Assembly: GCF_009834535.1 (NCBI RefSeq)
Contig: NC_045696.1
Coordinates: 105,898,001 to 105,962,000 of the forward strand
Direction: 5' to 3'
Length of the DNA: 64,000 nucleotides
Origin: Camelus ferus
Lineage: Eukaryota
The translations under genes were made by a program, and so were the position numbers. The notes below the pieces were generated by a model that saw only the letters and a list, made by a program, of their open reading frames with translations, had not been told where the DNA came from and made no database searches. Positions 42,041 to 57,316 of the stretch are shown piece by piece. The first letter of the stretch is position 1; the number at the start of each line of letters is the position of its first letter.

Positions 42041-42619
42041 AGTTCTCTGGAGTCTGTAACATAATCCTAGGTGTTCAATGGGGATTCACTACTCGGACTG
42101 GCTGACACTTGAATGTCCAAACGCTGAAAGTGTTTAGAATTCTGTAGTATACAGCTTCCCGGCCAATCTTTTCCCAGCCTTGTGTCATTTCCCCTTACAG
42201 GTGTGCATCTTAATATTTAGCAGAAGCCTGAAATTGGTGCTGCCCAAGATCTAGAAGATGGTTTTAGTGCAAACAGAGCTCAGAAAGCCCTCTCATTATA
42301 GCTCTAGTTAGAATGGGTTTTTCTGACTCTCAGAGTGAGTGGGGGGATCTCCACATTTTTTCCCCCTCTCTTTTTTGTTTTCTTTTCTCTGTTCTCATTT
42401 GCCCTAGTTTCCCAAGAAGTCCTGTGGCAGCAGTAGCAGTGGTCGTGGTGGGAGTGGCAACAGCAGTGGGGACAGGACTGAAATGTACTGCTGAACCTTC
42501 CTGCCTGATTAGAGGCATTGTAGTCCTAAGAGAATGGGGCATATCCTTATTGGCCTTCCCTCCCCGCCCCCGTTCTCTCCTTCTCTGTTTGGCATAGTTG
42601 TAGGAAGTACAGGTCAAAA

Positions 42620-43940
42620 AAGCCTCAGTTTTCTGACTAGGTAACAAGAAAAAGGGAGTCTCAGGCAACCAAAAAATACTTGTATGATTTCAGAAAGGGA
42701 AGAGCTCAGGAAACTTAGAGGTTTATTCCTGAGCTGTATGTGTATGGATATATGCCTATATACTTTGAGAACTGAACGGTGGCATAAATCACCACCCAAG
42801 TTTCAGACTAGTCAACTGTATGGTGCACACATAGGACAGATTCAAATAGCCCTGCAAAGGGTTTGAAAACCGAACCGGTATTGGAACCACAACTCAGAAA
42901 AGGCTTGTTGGAACTTGCAGCCTGAACCTAACTGTTGTCTCCTAAAACAAAGATAATCAACATTCTGTGTAGAATATAAACAAAACCCAGAGTCTTATAA
43001 CATAATAGTCAAAATGTCTAGGATACAATTCAAAATTAATTGGCATATAAAGAACCAGGAAAACCTCAAGTTGTACACACCATGAAAATCAACAGACATC
43101 ACTGCTGAGATGACATAGATGTTGGAATTATCTCACAAAGATGTTGAAGCAGTTATTATAAAAATGCTCCAACAACTAAGATCAAACACAGTGGAAAAGA
43201 ATAGAAAAATAGAAAGTCTTACCCAAGAAATGCAGTTGTCCTTCAGTATCTATATGGATTTTGGTTCCAGGACCCCTGGAGGATATCAAAATCCATGGAT
43301 GCCCACATTTCTTATATAAAATGGCATAGTTTTTAAATACAACCTATATGTTAAATCATCGCTAGATTACTTATAATACCTAATACAATGTAAATGATAT
43401 GTAAATAGTTATGAGTGCAGCAAATTCAATTTTTACTTTTTATAACTTTCTGGAATTTTTCCCCCCAGATATTTTTGATCAGTGGTTGGTTTAATCTACA
43501 AATGCAGAACCCATGTATATGGAGGGCTGACTGTAGACTATACAAGGAGGAACCATATGAAAAATAAATAACTAGAATTAAAAAACTCTCACTGAATGAA
43601 CTCAATAGTGGAAGGAATGAGAAAGGAAAGAGTCAGGGAACTTGAAGATTAATCAATAAAATTTTCCAGTTTGAACAACAGAGAGAGAAAAATGACTGGA
43701 GGAGAAAGAACTCTACAGACCCTCAGATACCTTTGTGACAATATCAGCAGGTCTAACATTTGTGTAACCCGAGTCTCAGAAAGTAAAGAGAAAGAGTGCA
43801 GTTCAGAAAAACTATTTAAAGAAATTATAACTGGGAGCTTTCCAAAGTTGGCAAAAGATACAACTATAACAGATTCAATAAGTCCAATGAGCCCCAACCA
43901 TGATAAACCCAGAGAGTTCCAAGCCCAGATACATTCCATA
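42620..43940 (+). mobile_element. Ancient L1 5'/ORF1 region, sense to PIK3CB, interrupted by MER2
   Basis: ORF1-like peptides LCDNISRSNICVTRVSE..EKLFKEII...FPKLAK and MLELSHKDVEAVIIKML. Confidence 0.75.
43233..43533. mobile_element. TcMar-Tigger MITE (MER2-like)
   Basis: cagttgtccttcagtatc...ggttccaggacccc...ggagggctgactg|ta. Confidence 0.82.
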
Positions 43941-46900
43941 TCAAAAATCATAACTTCACCCTTATTAGTCAAAAATCATAACACTCAGAAGACTAGTTAT
44001 ATGACTCTCAGTCAGCACTCCAAACCTGTTAAAATAGATATAACCTGGGGAAAGAAAAAAACTATCTTAATCTTTTTATCTTCTTATTTCAGTGCCTGGA
44101 GCACAAAATAAATATTTGTGCAATGAATTAATACATTTTACTATGACTCTCTCTTACATCTTTATATCCTTAGTTAAAGGCAGCACAGGACTCCTCCCAT
44201 AACCAGAACAAACATGCCTTTTAATTAAGTGAAACCATGGAAATTTAGGCTACTTATGCTACTGATTTTTTTTTTTGGTGCCTAATATCAAAAGGCAAAA
44301 TGTAGTGGATTTTGGCCATTTTGTTGAACAAGAAAGAAATTAGGTGTTGATGTTGGGGAAAAGTTTCTTATCTTACCCAACACAACATTTTTAATTGGTG
44401 AGTTCAGGAATGCAGTCTGTGTGTAGACTTGGCACATCCTTGCTATAGCACAGTGGAAAGTCCTTTGCATGATAAAGCCTGCCTTCTCTTGATCTCCAGG
44501 TATTCTGGGGCTTGTGAAAAAGTATCTCTTTGCAAGTTTACTAAAGTCGGACAATAAAACATGTGACTGTATTAATTAAGCATGATGGTGCTTTGAAATT
44601 CTTAACTTTTCAGAGCCTGAAGATGATTCAGAGCATCAGGAAATGTGACAATTTTGGCAAAATTTCACATATAAGTTTAGAGACTGGTTTTTCTCACTGC
44701 TTTTTCTGAAAACAAAAACCTTCTTTTTAATGCCTCCTACTACAGGAGATTCAGTGTTCAGAAAAACACAACTTTTTAATTTTATTTTAAATGTAGATGA
44801 TTTTTTTCTCATTTCCTTTTAGCCATGCATGAACTTTAATCATTTTCGTGAATTATCAAATTTCTCAATCAGAATGACTTTATTTAAATAAACCACACTT
44901 TAACTATTAGATAATGATTGATATTTCAACAGGTTTCTTTAGAATGTGCAGGATCTCTTTTTGTATATTGTTACCACACCCATATTAGAGTCATCCTTTA
45001 TTGTTATTCTTCTTCACATCACACCCTTTATTAGCTATTGCTGTTTACAGCTAGTATAGATAGGACTTGAGTTTTTGTTTTTTTTTTTTTAGCGTTATAG
45101 CCAACTGATCCATAATTTTACTTTGTTCCATATATCTGAATTCTGCCAGAAGTTGGTTGATGAAATTATAACTACCATTTTTTTGTTTTGGTTTTTTAAG
45201 TATTAAGTAATGTTTATTGAGTACTTACTATGTAGTGAGCTCATTTGTTTTTATTTCTCAAAAATTGTCAAAAACCAAGAGATGCAAACATTTCTAAGCT
45301 CAGCAATTTATTTTAAGTAGCTTATCTTTATCACAATAACATTGAAAAATATTCTTTTTCTGTTGTTTTGTTTTTACATTTTTAAAAAATTGAAGTATAG
45401 TCAGTTACAATGTGTCAGTTTCTGGTGTACAGCGTAAAATGTCCAGTATTCATTTTAAACTTGTGATTTTTCTGAATAAACTATATTCTGTATACAAAAA
45501 GTGATAAATTCATGTCTTAAATGGCACTGAGAATAAGACTTGAATATCATTTTTATTCTGAAATTCCTATCTTCCATCTTAACATACAGAAGATACAAAA
45601 TATATTTTATATATGTTTTATTTATGATTTACCTAATCTCATTTCACAAATAATTTGAGGTAAGGTTGCTTACATACCCCTAACCCCCACACGCACAGTC
45701 TCTCTTATATGTATACAAAAATATATATAAAATTTTGACTTTTTGCGGTAGGTATGTGTATAATAAGATCCTGTATAACTGGTTGCTGTGGACTATAGAT
45801 TTTGCTCTCTGCGCAGTATAGCTAGTGGCCAAAGCAAAGGAAACATGATCAGTTATAGGATTCAGAATCTCCTAAGATAAAAACAGTCTCATTAGTCATG
45901 TGGTTGTAGTTCATCCTCATATTGGAAGTGGAGAGATGTTTGGCAGCTCGTTAATGAAGGAGACACAGTGGATGATGATACGGTGGGCATCAGCACCCCT
46001 GCCTGCTTCATTATAGTAGGTAAAATAATGTTTCACATATCTATCTCTTATAATATCTTTCACTGGATAGACTTAATATATAATATTAACAGTGCAATTC
46101 AGAGAAAGTCACTCTATATGAGACCAAAGTAATTCAGTGTAAGTACTCAACAGTGTGATTTGTCTTGAATTAAATGACAATCTTTGGACTTTTCCAAAGA
46201 AATAAATATATTGTGTATCTTTCTGGAAATTATATATGTGTATTTTTATTCAAAATTGGGTTTTGGATAAAGATTAGGTAGCAGAGACTGTTGTGAGCAT
46301 TTAAGTTCAGATATAAATATCTGAGACATATGTATATGAGATCAAAGCATATGTAGTTTGATTATCAACCGAGCCTAGTTGTAAAGACATGAAGTTCCTA
46401 AGCTTCATGTGTGAATACATGCTAACCCCTACCCTGCCACCCATACACCTCTGCACAGAGATTTGTGGAGTGTCACGTGTCTATGAAATAACCTACATTT
46501 TTCAGGAAGAAGGTACTCTGTAAGCCCTCTACTTCATGCACCTTATACCACATCCTCAATCTGGCCCACCCACATGACTTCACAGTTTAGTAACAATGAT
46601 CTGTCTCTAGTTGGTAAGTATTGGATTCTGATTTTTATATTAGGTACATAATTTGATCTTCTTCATTACTTGTTTTCCTTATACACAATAGTAGACTAGT
46701 ATTTTGTTGTTCTAATGTTTTATAACTTCTAAATAGAACAGATTGACAGATAGGAAGTATCCTTTAAGATATGTCATCTTCAAGTAATAGACAACCTGAC
46801 AAAACAAGTAGCTTAAATAGGGCTTTAAATTGTTTCCGTAGTTGTATTGAATGTGAGGGAGGTGCATCTCAGAGGAGAGTAACTGTGGAAGTTTTTAGCA

Positions 46901-49151
46901 GTGAAGAAAAGGTAAAAAATAGTTCTTACAGCGACGAAAGAATAATTTACATTTGACATTGGTCAGTCATGTGCTGGTCTGCCCCAAAATATTTGATGTC
47001 GAGGAGAGGCAGGTAATTAGGTTTATCCAGGATACTGACTTCAGTTGAGTATGACAAAGGGAAATATGGGCATTGGCAGAGAGTTGGTGGGGATGAAGGC
47101 AAACAAAACTAATAGAGAAGTGGGGGAGGTGTTATTTTTGAAATGGAGGCCTTAATGAGGGCAGGGAATTGTTCTTGTGGAAGTTTTGGAGTGAGCTGGC
47201 AGGTGAGATAGTTGGAGAGTGAAATGTGGGAATTAATTTCACTTGAAGGTGTTAGAGTGTGGTGAAGTCAAATTCAGGGTGTGATTGTAGGAGCCTATGG
47301 CTGAGGGGAGTGAGAGGAAGTACTATGGAGATTTTGAGGTCAAGGACCTCTGAGGTCAGATGGATTGTTTGCTTCATGTGGGCCCTGCCTCCACACCTCT
47401 TAGTGTTTTTCCTCTAACTCAGATCCTTCAGATCTTGGAAAACAATTACTGATACCTTCTTTGTAAGAAAATTGAAAAAACTGTACTATCTTTGCTTATG
47501 ATTCTCAAGCCTTTGCTTCTAGCCCAGATTTCTCTTTAGTTACTGACTCTGTTTTCATGTGCTACATACACATTTCTAAGGCCAACTTATATTTACTGTC
47601 CCCATCTCATTCTCTTGCCCCTTAGACTGCCTTTCCTCTTATATTTGGTAGAGCAACTAGAGTTGCCCGACTCCCTTACCTACCAAAGCTAACCAGTTGT
47701 TCACATACTGTTGACTTGACCCCATTAATATTCTTTACTATCTATTTCTTCTTCTTTGTCTTCCAGACCCTTTCATAGTTCAAGCCTTTCTATCTTTCGC
47801 TGAATTACAACAGCAGCCTCCCCACTGCTCTCCTTGCCTCTCTTTTCACACCTTTCCTTATACCCAAGCACTTCTACTTTCTTATGGCAAAGTAGTCCTT
47901 TAACTGTGTAAGTTATATTCCTGCTTAGTGGTCTTAAGTGGCACTGACTTTGCTGCAGGCCTGTCCAACTCAAGCACCTACCATGGTCCTCAGGTGTGTC
48001 TACCTATACTAGACTATGTTTGGTTCTTCAGGCATGCCAGGGGAGTTTGTCTTTGTGTGGGCAGTAGGTTTTTCCTCTAACTCCTCTGCCTGTTGAACTC
48101 CTTTTGTGGTAATATTTGGTACAACAGTGGTGGAACGTTTCTTAATCTCATGATAAATTAGAATCTCCCATCCATTGGGAGATTGTTTGATGCCCAGTCT
48201 CCCTCAGGTATATTAGGAAGGGAAAAAAAAAAAAACCTTAGAAATCCAGATTTGGTGCTCTTTCTTCCTACCTTTCATGTAATTTTACTAACACTAAATG
48301 CCATTTATTGTGCATTTCATGGTGGAGCCATTTCTTAATTGCTTAGGAGAAAGTAATTGTTATATAGTTCTTACAGGCAGCTAAAATTTTCGTTACCGAA
48401 TAAAGGAATTGTGAAAATGAGAAATTGTATGTCAGTATACTCATACTCCTATTCTGTCTTGACTTTTGTTGGATGGGGGGCTGTTTTTTAAAAAAAAAAT
48501 TAAAATTATCTTTATTGCATTTTGTACAGATGGGAGTCTAAAAAATTAACACAGTAAAAGCTAAAAAGCATTAGGTAGGAGCATTCAACAATAAAGGAAA
48601 GACCCAAGCCTCTCCTTTTCATATTGGCACATGTCTTGGCTGTTAAAAAGACTAGTATTATTAGTTTCTCATAGTTTAGATACTTTGAGGATAGCATAAA
48701 GGTAGACACAAAGATTTCCTAAAACTGCTGTTACGTGAGTCCTTATTTGTAATTATCCTTGTCATGTTCTTTTCGAACTGAAAATGAAAGTCCTTAGACT
48801 TTTTGCCTAATTTCAGGGAACACAGGGAAATGTCATTTAAAGTAGTATAGAGCCATGGAGTTAAACGAGGGTTTTTTAAGACTATGGCTACTGAATCTTG
48901 AAACTGTTGGTTAAAAAACGGAGAGAAACCTGAATGGCTGTTTTTAAAAAGTAATACCAAAAAAATCCTTTCCATTTTCACTTATATATACCTTCATTAA
49001 ATTTAATGAGTTTTGGATTGATGTGTGCATTTGGTGTTAGTGATTAGGATCTTAAATTTAGACCATCCAGCTGTTTTATGTGATACTTCCTAGAATATTA
49101 ATTTTAAAATTATTTTAAAGATAACATAAAATATAATCCCAGATCACTTAA

Positions 49152-49275
49152 TTACTTTTTTTGTTGGGGGGGGATTAGATTTATTCATTTATTTTTAGAG
49201 GAGGTACTGGGGATTGAACCCAGGACCTTGTGCATGCTAAGCATGCACTCTGCCACTTGAGCTGAACTCTCCCCC
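49152..49275 (-). mobile_element. Vic-1-like SINE
   Basis: gaggtactggggattgaacccaggacc core; TSD agatcac(t/a)taa. Confidence 0.88.
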
Positions 49276-50585
49276 TGAGATCACATAAGAGAATGACAAA
49301 TCACCAGTATTCTTGCTGTCCTACTATAAACTACTTTTATTTGTATTCTTCACACAGTCAAGATATGAATATACTTTAACGAGTATATATAGTATTTCAT
49401 TTTTCATCTAAAAGTGTGTAATAAATTATATTCCCCTAGTATACAGTATAGGCTTCATGATGGGTTGAAAATAAGAGACATACAGTGTCTTAAGTAGATG
49501 TTGGTGCCATTCTCATTAGGATTAGTTAGGTTCTAGGGACAATTTTTTTTGAGTTTGATATGAGAGAGACTTGTATAGGTTTGTTGCCTACTGGGGAGGA
49601 GGATTATTTCCCAATGCAGAGGAGCAAAGGAGGAAGGTCTAAGTACTTGGGCAGTTGGAGCAAGATGGAACCGGGAGCTTTGAAGAACGAATACCCCTTT
49701 CCTTATGAAGCTGAAGGGAACCAGATAAAAGTTCCTGCTGGCCTGGGAGTTTATTGAAAGTGTTTTAGTAATTCTTTGTAATTCCTATGCTTTAATCTTT
49801 TCTGTGTTACAATAGTCTATCTGTATTTGGTGTAAATAATCAATTTTCTTCTTTTAACTTAAAAATGTTTTTAAAGGAAGATTTCAAACTTAGGTGAAAG
49901 TAGAGAGAATGGTATAATCGACTTCCATGAACCCATCACCAACTTCAGTGATTATTTTGATAGATAGCTTTTTAGTAATTTTTCTTTTAAATTAGTTTTT
50001 TAGTGATTTAAAAATATTTAACCCCTTAATCCATCTGTTTATTTTGTGGGAGTTAGATAAATGAGTACTATTTGTTAAAGTAAGCCATTCTTTCCCTGTC
50101 ACACTGTGAAGTGTATAGTCTCCTAACCTATAATTTTATTTATGCCATCAGAGCATCATTTGAAGTATTTTCTAGGTTTTAAACCCATAGATGTAATACT
50201 ATAAATACTTATAATAATGTAAAAAGTTAATAGTATTATCAACATTTAAAATTTCATATTACTATAAAATATGTTTTAGTATCTAGATATTCTTCAGTAA
50301 TTACCTTCCTTTTCAGAATTAGGGTAGTAACTCTTTAAAAAAGTCAAAATTTTTATTGATAAGCTTTTTTTTAATTAAAGAAAGACAAACCTAAGTAATT
50401 CCACATTTGTATTTATTTATTCAGTAAATATTTATTGAGTACTGCTGTGTGCTAATGTCACATCCGAATTAATCGATAAAAAAGTTTGGCCTTAAAGGGT
50501 TTCACTGAGTCAGTTTCAGTGTTTTGGTACTGTTTTTAATTCTACTTTTACCACTCACTTTTAAATTGGAGATAATCATGTCATT

Positions 50586-50728
50586 TATTTTTTATTATTA
50601 TTATTTTTTTTTGGTGGGGGTAGGTAATCAGGTTTATTTATTTATTTTTTAAGTGGTGGTACTAAGGATTAAACCCAGGACCTCATGTATGCTAAGCATT
50701 CATTCTGCCACTGAGCTGTACCCTCCCC
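50586..50728 (-). mobile_element. Vic-1-like SINE, more diverged
   Basis: ggtactaaggattaaacccaggacctc core plus ggtaatcaggtttattt tail. Confidence 0.85.
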
Positions 50729-51186
50729 TTGTCATGTTTTTTTTAAATAACTAAATAACTGAGTAAAACTTTCTGGGACATTTTACATATGTTCTGTATC
50801 ACTCTGGACCTGAGTCTCTAGAAAAAATGAAAGACAGTGATATGTAGGATAATTATAAATATGGATAGATTATCTTTAAGTTGACTTTTATAAAGACCAG
50901 TTCATAAATTATTTGGACGTAGAAAGAGACTTGGACACATTTTATCCACCCTTTCCCAACTATATAGAAGACTAAAACAAAGCCCCAAGTAAATGAAGTG
51001 AGTGGAAGTAAGCATATGATAGTAGTTTTTACACTTACGGTTTTGGCTTCTTTAGACCCATTTATACCAATGAGACCTCTGGCATTTTTCAGCTGGTCTA
51101 CTTAGTAAATGAAAAACAGGTTAAATGAACAGTTTAGTGAAGTATATGCTGATTAATTACAGTCTGATGGTTCTGTGGACAAATAG

Positions 51187-51567
<381 letters not shown>

Positions 51568-52247
51568 TAACTTCTGAAAAATTTTTTATAATGGAATAGT
51601 AATAACATTTCCTTCTTTATGAAAAGTTTTTTAGAATGAGGACATGAAATTTATACATTAAAAGAACTGGTTACTGTATTTATCTACATGAATTTGAATC
51701 TATTAACGTGAGAATGTTATTATCATATAGTTTTTTAAAATGAATTTTATTGTCTAGGAAGTCACAGAAGAGTTACTTTCTGAGTGCTTTTTCTGTCATT
51801 GGTTAGAATTTTACTCAAAATGTTCAAATATTTATAGTTTTTTGATACACTGTGACCAAATTAACTAGTCTATGTGTCCAAATAAAAGTCCTATCAGCTT
51901 GGTGCTTCCTTTTTAGAAATATAAATTCTACAATACCTAGAGACATTGCCTTCTCCTAAGTTAAGATTTATATAGGTTGGAAGCTCTTAAAACATATAAC
52001 CTGGTATTATATCACACATATTTTCTTGAATCATTAAAAATTTCTCATCATTTGCAATGGCTGTACAATAAATATTCTGCTTTTTGGATACTCTGTTTTG
52101 TTATGAGACATTAATTGGCTTTTAGGATTTCCTTTAGCTATTATAAAGGTGTTGAACATTTTTCCATGTACATCTTGTTTTTATATTGCATAAGTTTTTG
52201 GGGAAATCATTTAGAACTCTAGAAATTTCTAGACCCAGCATTATTGA

Positions 52248-52454
<207 letters not shown>

Positions 52455-53357
52455 TAATTTCTGGCATGTGGACTACATTTATGACTCAGTGTTTTTTTCA
52501 GTCCAGTAAAGAAACCATCATTTCATATTTTTATTGTTTATTCTACAACAGATTTCCAAAGGTTATTTTTAATATATTCAAAAAGTGATTTGTATCTTAA
52601 TATGTTTATTTTGATGAATATTTTCCTTCTTTAAATGTTTTCTTTTTATAGGTTTTTGAGGAATTCTCCTAAGAAACAATTTCTTCTATATAACAACCTC
52701 TTACTGCTGCTAGTTGTACTGTATTTCTACTTCTGCACTAGGAGAGGGAATATTAACTAACAAGGGAAGAATAGTAGAAACACTTATTCTTTAGTTGGCT
52801 TTAGCTTGAAATTTGAGGTAAAAGAGGAGCACCTTCCATACCCCTGTATTTCTCAAATTACTTTTTGTACCCCCATGAGGTAGATGGCTCTATCCCATTG
52901 AACAGATGAGAAAAGTGAAGCTCAGATAAGAAGTCACCCAGTCTTACATAATAATTCAAACCTAGGATTTGTACGAAATAATGCTCAACTCTTTCCATTG
53001 TTCCTTGCATGCTGCTTTCCCAAATGTTGGGAATTTTTAGTGTTTTCTTTGCATTAGAATCGTGGGTGTTTTTTTCTTTTTTTCTTCTGTCTTTATGCTT
53101 GGTTAATATATTTAGTAAAATTGTGAACTTACTTGCATTTAAAAATTATTTTGTGGGTGACAAACATTTAAAAATGTTCTACATTAGTAGTTGCTACCTG
53201 AGAAATTGTTTTTGGATAATCAGACATATTTATAAACTGCTCACATCCTAATGTTTTATTTGTATACATTCTCTTACTCCTGCCTTTTCCTGCATGTATC
53301 TTCAATACTTTTCGCTGTCACATTGTTTCCCAAATATAGGGGAGCAGTGTGCATGTA

Positions 53358-53417
53358 TACATTTCTTAAGAGGAACTATAGTTCACACTGTAACTATAGT
53401 TCCTCTTAAGAAATGTA
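53358..53417. repeat. Perfect inverted repeat with 26-bp arms and an 8-nt spacer
   Basis: tacatttcttaagaggaactatagtt-cacactgt-aactatagttcctcttaagaaatgta. Confidence 0.97.
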
Positions 53418-54787
53418 GTTCCTAAGAAAGAAACTATAGAGTGAAAATTATTCATTTCAGCAGTATAGTTTTTTGAAAATCTTAATTTAGACTCACACAT
53501 GTTCTCCAGAATCACCAAGCAACTTGACTGATATTTTTAGAAAAATTGACGATTTTTGGCAATTCACTTGGCATACCATGGACCTGCATTTATCTCTAAC
53601 AAAATGTTGGAGATACTTGTTCTGCATGTTTCAGCTCTAGAATTATCATTTATCTGAGTAGGAGCAAGCCAGACACAAAGGAACTACAAATACCCTAGTA
53701 TCTAGAGTTCCTAGTCATTGTTAGAAGGTATGTAATCATATTCATTGGTTGCATTTGATAGGACATTAAGTATAATGATTCTAGACAGCACAAGTGTAGG
53801 ATTGTAATTTACTGAGAAATCAACTTTAGAAGTGCATAAATTGTAAGAATTGCTTCAGTCCAGGTGAAAATGGAATCTGTGAGATTTGAGAGTATTAAAA
53901 GATAAGCAAACGATTGATTAAGAAACTGAAACCTATAAATACTTTGTAAAGACTTTCTAGCTTTGGGAGATAATTCTGAGTGTGCATACTATCTGGATAT
54001 TAGGCCTGGACAGAATGGAAATATAAAAGAACAACTGTGCTAAAAATCAGTTATAAGAAAAGAGAAATTAGTTTGGAGAGGGGAAACTTTAGGTTGTGCT
54101 GGTAACTCTGTTCTCTCATCCTGTGTTTAATGTCTCTTCACGGTTTGCATATCTGTGAAATAAGAAAGTTATATGAACTCAGGGTTTAAGAAAACATTGA
54201 AATTCTAAGATTCCATGCATCATTCTGTGAGTAGACCATATTTAAGATGGTAGAGAAGGAATATCTTGAAGAAAGTAGCAGTTGGTGAGGTTAAAGAAAT
54301 ACTACTTAGATGGAATGTTTCAGAAACTACCATAGATGGTGTTTAAATATATTAGCAGTTATGAGATAATAGAGGAACATTAACAAAGTTAGGTTTGTCA
54401 AAAGGAATGTCATTGATGACTCTCGAAATACCGGTTTGGGTACTGTGATGACCATGAAATCAAAACACATGTGATTAATAAATTGATATGTAGTGATGAA
54501 ATAATATAAATTCCTATGGACCACCTAATTTTGATGGAAAGTGAGCTATTCCAATTTTTTTTTTCAAAGATTGAGAATACTTAGCTAAATTTGAAGAAAA
54601 AGGTGAGGTAGTTACTAATCTTTGTTAACTTTTTCATTTTAAAGATGTATATAAATTCACATTCAAATTTTGTGACAAGCATTAAGAAAATTAGAGGCTT
54701 ACTGATACAGTTGTTTGCCAGACTTCCTTAGATGACACACTTTTTAAGTAATTTTCATGGTTGAAATCCATTTAAGTTTTTCTTTAG

Positions 54788-54970
<183 letters not shown>

Positions 54971-57265
54971 TAATTATTTAAAGGGCCACTATGTATGAAG
55001 TAATTGAATTATTAGTTCTTGGCTCTTTATGTTCATAGTTTAAGCTCTGTATGTCTATTTCTCTTTCAAAATATCATATACATTTACAGCTTTGTACAGT
55101 AGAAGGACCACTGAGCAGGGAGCCAACTCTATTTAGTACTGACTTTATCACTGACCAGGTGAGACAAGGCATTTCTGAAGTTTAGATTCTTCATTTGTAA
55201 AATGGGGAATTCGGTTATTCTGTGAGGTCCTTTTCAGTTTAAACATGCATTCATATGTAATTCTAAACATGTGAAATGTATAGTGAAAGGTTGGTTCAGA
55301 TTAAAGACAATCACTACTGTGTTGGAGTTGGTATTCAAAGAAAAGATGATTTACGTTGAATACTATTATTAGTAGGACTCCTTAAGGTGCTATTTTTTTG
55401 TAGAATCTGTTGCAAGGGCTGCTATTTCTAAACATATTTCTTGAGTATACAAGCTTCTTGTCTTAAGGATAAGGAGTGTGTCTGGTAGCGACTGACAGTT
55501 GGATTGTGATAATTTGCATGGTAAGAGCTGAGCTGTCATGTTTTATTGTCAGATTTGGCATCTTTCTTTCAGGTATGATTGATACTGATTTTTGTGAGGA
55601 AATCTATGAGTAAAGTCTCAGACAATAAGCAAGTTTCTTTTACTTATTTAATCCATTTGAGAATAAGCTACCTTTAAAAATTGATATTATACTAAAATTG
55701 CAGTTAATCCACCTATATACTTAATCGTATTTTAATGTTCAGCACTGTCAGACCTGTATAGAGTAGGTTTTAAAAGTAGTATGTAAGATAAATACATATA
55801 TATAACTCAAAAGTTTCTTCCTTTACTTTCATTTTAATTGAATTTTATCCACCTAAGAAGTAATTTTTCATTTCATTTTCTTCTAAAATGTTTTTCTGAT
55901 CAGTAATATACAATCAAGTTAAAATGTGCGATTATTACAGTAGAAATCTCAAATACGTCAAGAACCATATACCTTGGTATACACTGAGTAGAAGAAGATA
56001 CATTTTGAAGCATCCATTACATTTATGCTGTGGCTTTATTCCATAGAATAGGAATTTATCCATAAGCTATAGCTACTTGTGATATGCTTAATAGTCTGAA
56101 CTCTGACTGTTTTTTGTTGAATTATGGTATGTGTTCAGGGGTCATTTATAGTTTCTTTTGGGTCAGTGAAGTTGCTTTTTGAAGCATTTTTGCAAATATA
56201 ACATATTGTGCAAATTTAAATATTTTTAATTAATATTTCAAGAGAAGTCTAGTTTCTTTAAAATGTTCTATTTCAACATTGCTTAAATTGCTTACAACTG
56301 ATAATTAACTTTCCTTTTGCCTTTCTGATCCCTTGGAGAGTCTGTCTTTGAAGATCTATGTGGGATGGAGATTTTAGTTTTTAAATATGTATATACATAT
56401 TTGTATTTATTGGTTTTCATTTACTTGTACAATTTTATATATGCTCACTATAAAAAACACATAATTCGGATATAAAAAACACATAATTCAGACGTAAAAA
56501 GTGAAAGTTCCTTGTATTTTTATTTGATGTTTTTTGCTGTACTGAGTTGTATACATTTTGCTTTTCAAATCACCTTTATGGTTATTGCTTAATTTTAATA
56601 ACTGTAATTAATTTTATCATTAGAGCAACCTTATGAAATAGGATGGGAATTATCAGTGCATTTTACACATCTGGATACAGTTAACTTATTCATGTAGAAT
56701 TATTTAACTTAGTAACTGGATATGGATCTTCAAATTTTTTACCTGCTAACCCTTCCCACTAGACTAGTGGGTTCCCCATTTTTTCAAGAATCAGTGCCTC
56801 TTTTGAACTTAATTTAAAAAATATTTTAGATTCTCTCTTGACATTACTTCTACTTTTGATATATGTTAATTCAAAAGAAAACCTAATGACAAATGGCAAA
56901 AACTTACTCTGTGTTTAGTAACTCTTTTAACGTTGCATTTTCTTAATCAGAAAACATTTACCTGTATTTAAGATTTTTTTCACATACAAAAGGCACTACT
57001 TATTTTGTTTACGGACAATCCTGTTGTACCGTGGGAGTCACAGTCCTTTACAGTAATACCATTGTTTCCTGGTTGTGAAGAGTTTGAAGATTGGAAATCA
57101 CTGCATGATACCGTTTTGCATTTAAAAGTCATGCTTACATTATAAACCATAGAAATGCCAGATTATTTATAGCTCCTTATAATCTGTGTACAAGTATAGT
57201 AATTTACACTTACAATTTTATAAATACGAGAGCTAAATTTTAATTTGTTTAATTTTTTTAAACAG

Positions 57266-57316
57266 ATTATTGAAAAGGCAGCTGAGATTGCAAGCAATGA
57301 TAGTGCTAATGTGTCA
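57266..57316 (+). CDS. PIK3CB: p110beta coding exon 10 (C2-helical linker), codons 511-527; the gene continues beyond the window
   Basis: aaacag|ATT...TCA|gtaagt; IIEKAAEIASNDSANVS; 51 nt. Summed CDS of 1581 nt stays in frame. Confidence 0.95.

Noticed and set aside
42313..42668. Overlapping low-complexity ORFs (Thr/Ala-rich and Val-rich)
   Set aside because: They arise from degenerate trinucleotide-like sequence among old repeats, with no exon support.
43649..44111. 146-aa and 107-aa overlapping ORFs
   Set aside because: A decayed L1 ORF1 remnant and its antisense, running into non-coding sequence.
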